Assembly: GCA_013239625.1 (NCBI GenBank)
Contig: MU053810.1
Location: forward strand, 62,001 to 126,000
Reading direction: 5' to 3'
DNA length: 64,000 nt
DNA from: Lama guanicoe
Lineage: Eukaryota
Part shown: one piece after another, positions 61,001 through 64,000 of the stretch
Numbering within the stretch: the stretch's first letter is position 1
Layout: every line of letters begins with the position of its first letter
Notes under the pieces: generated by a model
What the model saw: the letters and a program-made list of their open reading frames with translations, nothing else
Told to the model about the DNA's origin: nothing
Database searches by the model: none
Program-made: the position numbers and the translations under genes

Positions 61001-63730
61001 GGGACAGACAGGCAGTGGAGGCCAAGATCACTCAAGGACACATTTCAAATGAGAAAAACAATCCACTTGCTCTGAGAAGGTGGAGAGACCAAGCTGGAGA
61101 GGGGTGGGTGTTGGAAGGCAGTCTGCGATGAAGCCGTGGTCCACCCTTAGCCTTGCTGCACACAGTGGCCTCGATGGGGAGTGTGAGCTGGACATCCACG
61201 TGCAAGGCTCAGCTTCTATAGGTGGAATTTGACAGCAGTGACAGTCCAATGACTTTGCCCCTCCACTTGGCAGGTGTTGTCAAAAGGCACACTGAGCTCT
61301 CTTCCCTGCTGTAATAAAGTGTAAATAATACCAAATACAGTTGAAAGAGAACTTCCATTCTTCTATTACTGAGGCGCTCTCAACAGAGCAAAGGTTCTTC
61401 CGTATCGGGGTTACTTTCTCCTCTTCCAAAAACAATCGGAAAAAACCTAAGTCTGGTGGCATTGGGACACTACAGGCTCGCCCAATGTCAAGTTCAACAG
61501 AGCCTACTTTGGGGCTGAAACCAGTGACCATCTCCCCGCACGCTGCTGGGGCCCGATGTACTTCAGGCCAACTCGTCCTTCTTTCAACTCTTCTGTGCTT
61601 TCCAGGTTGGACATACTTTCAAACTAATTGCATATAACATGCACCTCACATATCAGCTCCAGCGAATAACTTAATTGCCTGTAAATTTGGCTTCAGATGT
61701 TGCCTTTTTAAGTGCAAGTGACTGCCTACAGCACATAGTACAAGAAGCTGCTAACTCTGCACGCACATGTTTTCCAGCCTTTTCACAGATTTTGAAGAGC
61801 GGAGCTTTGACTTTTCACTCTGGATGCGTGTGCGGCAGGTGCCAAATAGGATTCCTGTTGAGGGGCTGAGTGTCTGCAAAGCATGTGGATGCAGAGTAGA
61901 CCAGATGCCTGTCTTCCCTAAAGGAGGCAGAATGGAGCTGTTATGCTTAATGATTTTGTGTGTGTGTGTGTGTGTATCTGTGTTGGGGTGGCCATCACTG
62001 AACATCTGACCTGGACCTGGGCAGAGGGGTGGAAGTGACAAAGGCGGCCTGACCAACAGCATCTGCCGAGTCTGGCCAACTGTGGGAGAAGAGCATGAGG
62101 ACATGGGCCCAGAAAGTCCCTGGACCCTCAGGCAGGTGGACAGGGGCCGGCGGCGGGCTAGAGGCTGACTCTGGATGCAGACTCAAGGTGCCGCACGGGC
62201 ATAAGGGCTGAGGGAGGGCTTTTGCAAAGCAGACGTTTGGAGCCGCCACCTGCTCGCCTCTTCAAGAGAGCATCCTTGAAGCCCCCTGGAAAAGTGGTTT
62301 GCCCTGGTTTTCACGCTGTGCTCCCTCAGTCCCACACTCTTATCCAGTTTGGCTGGTTTCAGCACTGAAAGTCCTTCATCCCAGGAAAGCCTTCAGTCCT
62401 CAGCAAACTGGGATCTTTGGCGACCTCGCCATCACAGGTCTTTGGTTTCTGGATTCCCTTGGTCAGAGGGACGGCTTCCAGCACTGGCTGGGTGGATCTC
62501 TGGCCATCACTGTAGCGGCGGGTGTCCTGCTTGCCAGGCGGTCCCTGCTCCTCACCATCCTGAAAAACAGTGTCTTTCCAAGGCCGCTCCCCTCTCCTCC
62601 CCTGGACCACCATCCTCTGAGAACAGGGCAGAAATCCGCAGAGACAACTTGTGTGAGCTGGAGGCTGTTCTCAGTTGTAAGGTGAGAAATGCATTTTTTA
62701 AAAAAACAGATAAATTTTAAAACTGAATCGCTGGGAGCAGGGCCTTCATGCGTCATCCTCCTCGAGAGAAATGAGAGCTGCATGTGCAATTCACTCTCAA
62801 CAGGATGGCATCTTGCTCCTTCAGTTGGGGAGGCTCTTAAATCTTTGCTGGGGTCGGGGGTGGGCAGGGGTCCATCTCCTTCACCACGAGGCTAGCCTTT
62901 TGTCTGGGGGAAGCAGGCTTCTTCATTTCTGAACGCTGATGGCAAGAGGCCCCGAGGGTCTCCACTCAGAGAGGGGTTTGCTGGGGGAGCTGCCAGGAAG
63001 GTTCCTCTGCAGGTCCCCTCCCACAGCACCCTGGGGGAGAAGACGGCAGAACGGCTGAGCTGTTTTCTCAGAGAGCTGCCCCTCCAAGGAAGAAGGGGAG
63101 AGAAAGAGAAGGAATTGAAGTAAAGTGCATTCTTCACCTTGGAGACAGATTCTCGATCAATCCTCTTGTTACAATTTTTAAAATTGTAATTTCTTAAAAT
63201 TCCCTTTGGAGGAAAAAAAAATCTCGTAAAGGTTAACATAAAATTCTACCACGGACAAGCGTAAGAAATAGCTCGTGGAACTAAGAAGTACAGCTCGAGA
63301 GGACGTATTTCTTAGAAGGAAAAAAAAACCCTAATGCACAATATTTACCAATACTTAAATAATCCAGTTGAAACCTTTTTTTTGTCATGAATGAAAAAAT
63401 ACAACACAGATGGTTACCTCTACTGGGAAGAGCAGAAACGGCAGGGGAGAGGACTGGGAAATAATCCGTTCTACCAGAGCCTTGCGAGAGTCCTATATAC
63501 AGCACCAGAGCCTATGAAGTCAGCTCCCTTGAGTCAGTAAAGTTAGTGAGAAATGAACACTTCAGAATTGCAGTATAAAATATGGCCGTAAAAAAACTTC
63601 TGTCTTCCAGTCCTGTGCAGGGAGGCGCCCGGTGCAAGGTGGGATCGCTCTGGAGTGGCTGGTGGCGCTGGTGGTCCTCAGGGGGGCCCCCTTCCCTGGC
63701 CCGCCCCCTGGGCCCCACCTCCAGGGCCAG
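58045..63730 (-). other. CAMK1D: CAMK1D long 3'UTR (~5.7 kb)
   Basis: Nearly free of interspersed repeats, unlike the DNA below ~56.4 kb. It has U-rich tracts on the minus strand and ends at a canonical minus-strand poly(A) site. Confidence 0.8.
61957..61975. repeat. (TG)n microsatellite in the CAMK1D 3'UTR
   Basis: Visible TG run. Confidence 0.85.
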
Positions 63731-63886
<156 letters not shown>

Positions 63887-64000
63887 TCAGTCCTCCTTCC
63901 CGCTGCAAGGGTTGGTGGCAGGGGGCAAACTTTTGTGTGCTTGACTACATTTTTACCTGCTTGTGGGAGAACATCTGCAGTGTATCCAAATTCTTCTTAG

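Overview
This is mammalian genomic DNA, most likely camelid, judged from tRNA-derived vic-1-type SINEs and cetartiodactyl-type L1 and LTR families. It holds the convergent 3' ends of two genes. CCDC3 (+ strand) has intron at 1-20294, its last coding exon at 20295-20570 and a poly(A) signal at 21630. CAMK1D (- strand) has its last coding exon at 63849-63731, a ~5.7 kb 3'UTR and a poly(A) signal at 58069-58064. About 36 kb of repeat-rich intergenic DNA lies between them (L1, L2, MIR, MaLR/ERV solo LTRs, hAT transposons, SINEs). Almost all ORFs in the supplied track are spurious or L1 remnants. The most interesting signal is a ~4.3 x 103-bp tandem array at 2430-2878 in the CCDC3 intron. Its units carry the paired motifs of the type-D retroviral constitutive transport element (CTE, an NXF1/TAP-binding RNA export element), in sense orientation and with no recognisable provirus around them. 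Other observations are a templated insertion with a 52-bp duplication, an L1 target site hit twice, an L1 plus SINE-tail chimera, a possible dual-frame CAMK1D terminal exon, and a weak chain of minus-strand exon-like segments at 47-52 kb. Repeat names and gene identities come from recalled sequences, not from database searches, and repeat boundaries are approximate.
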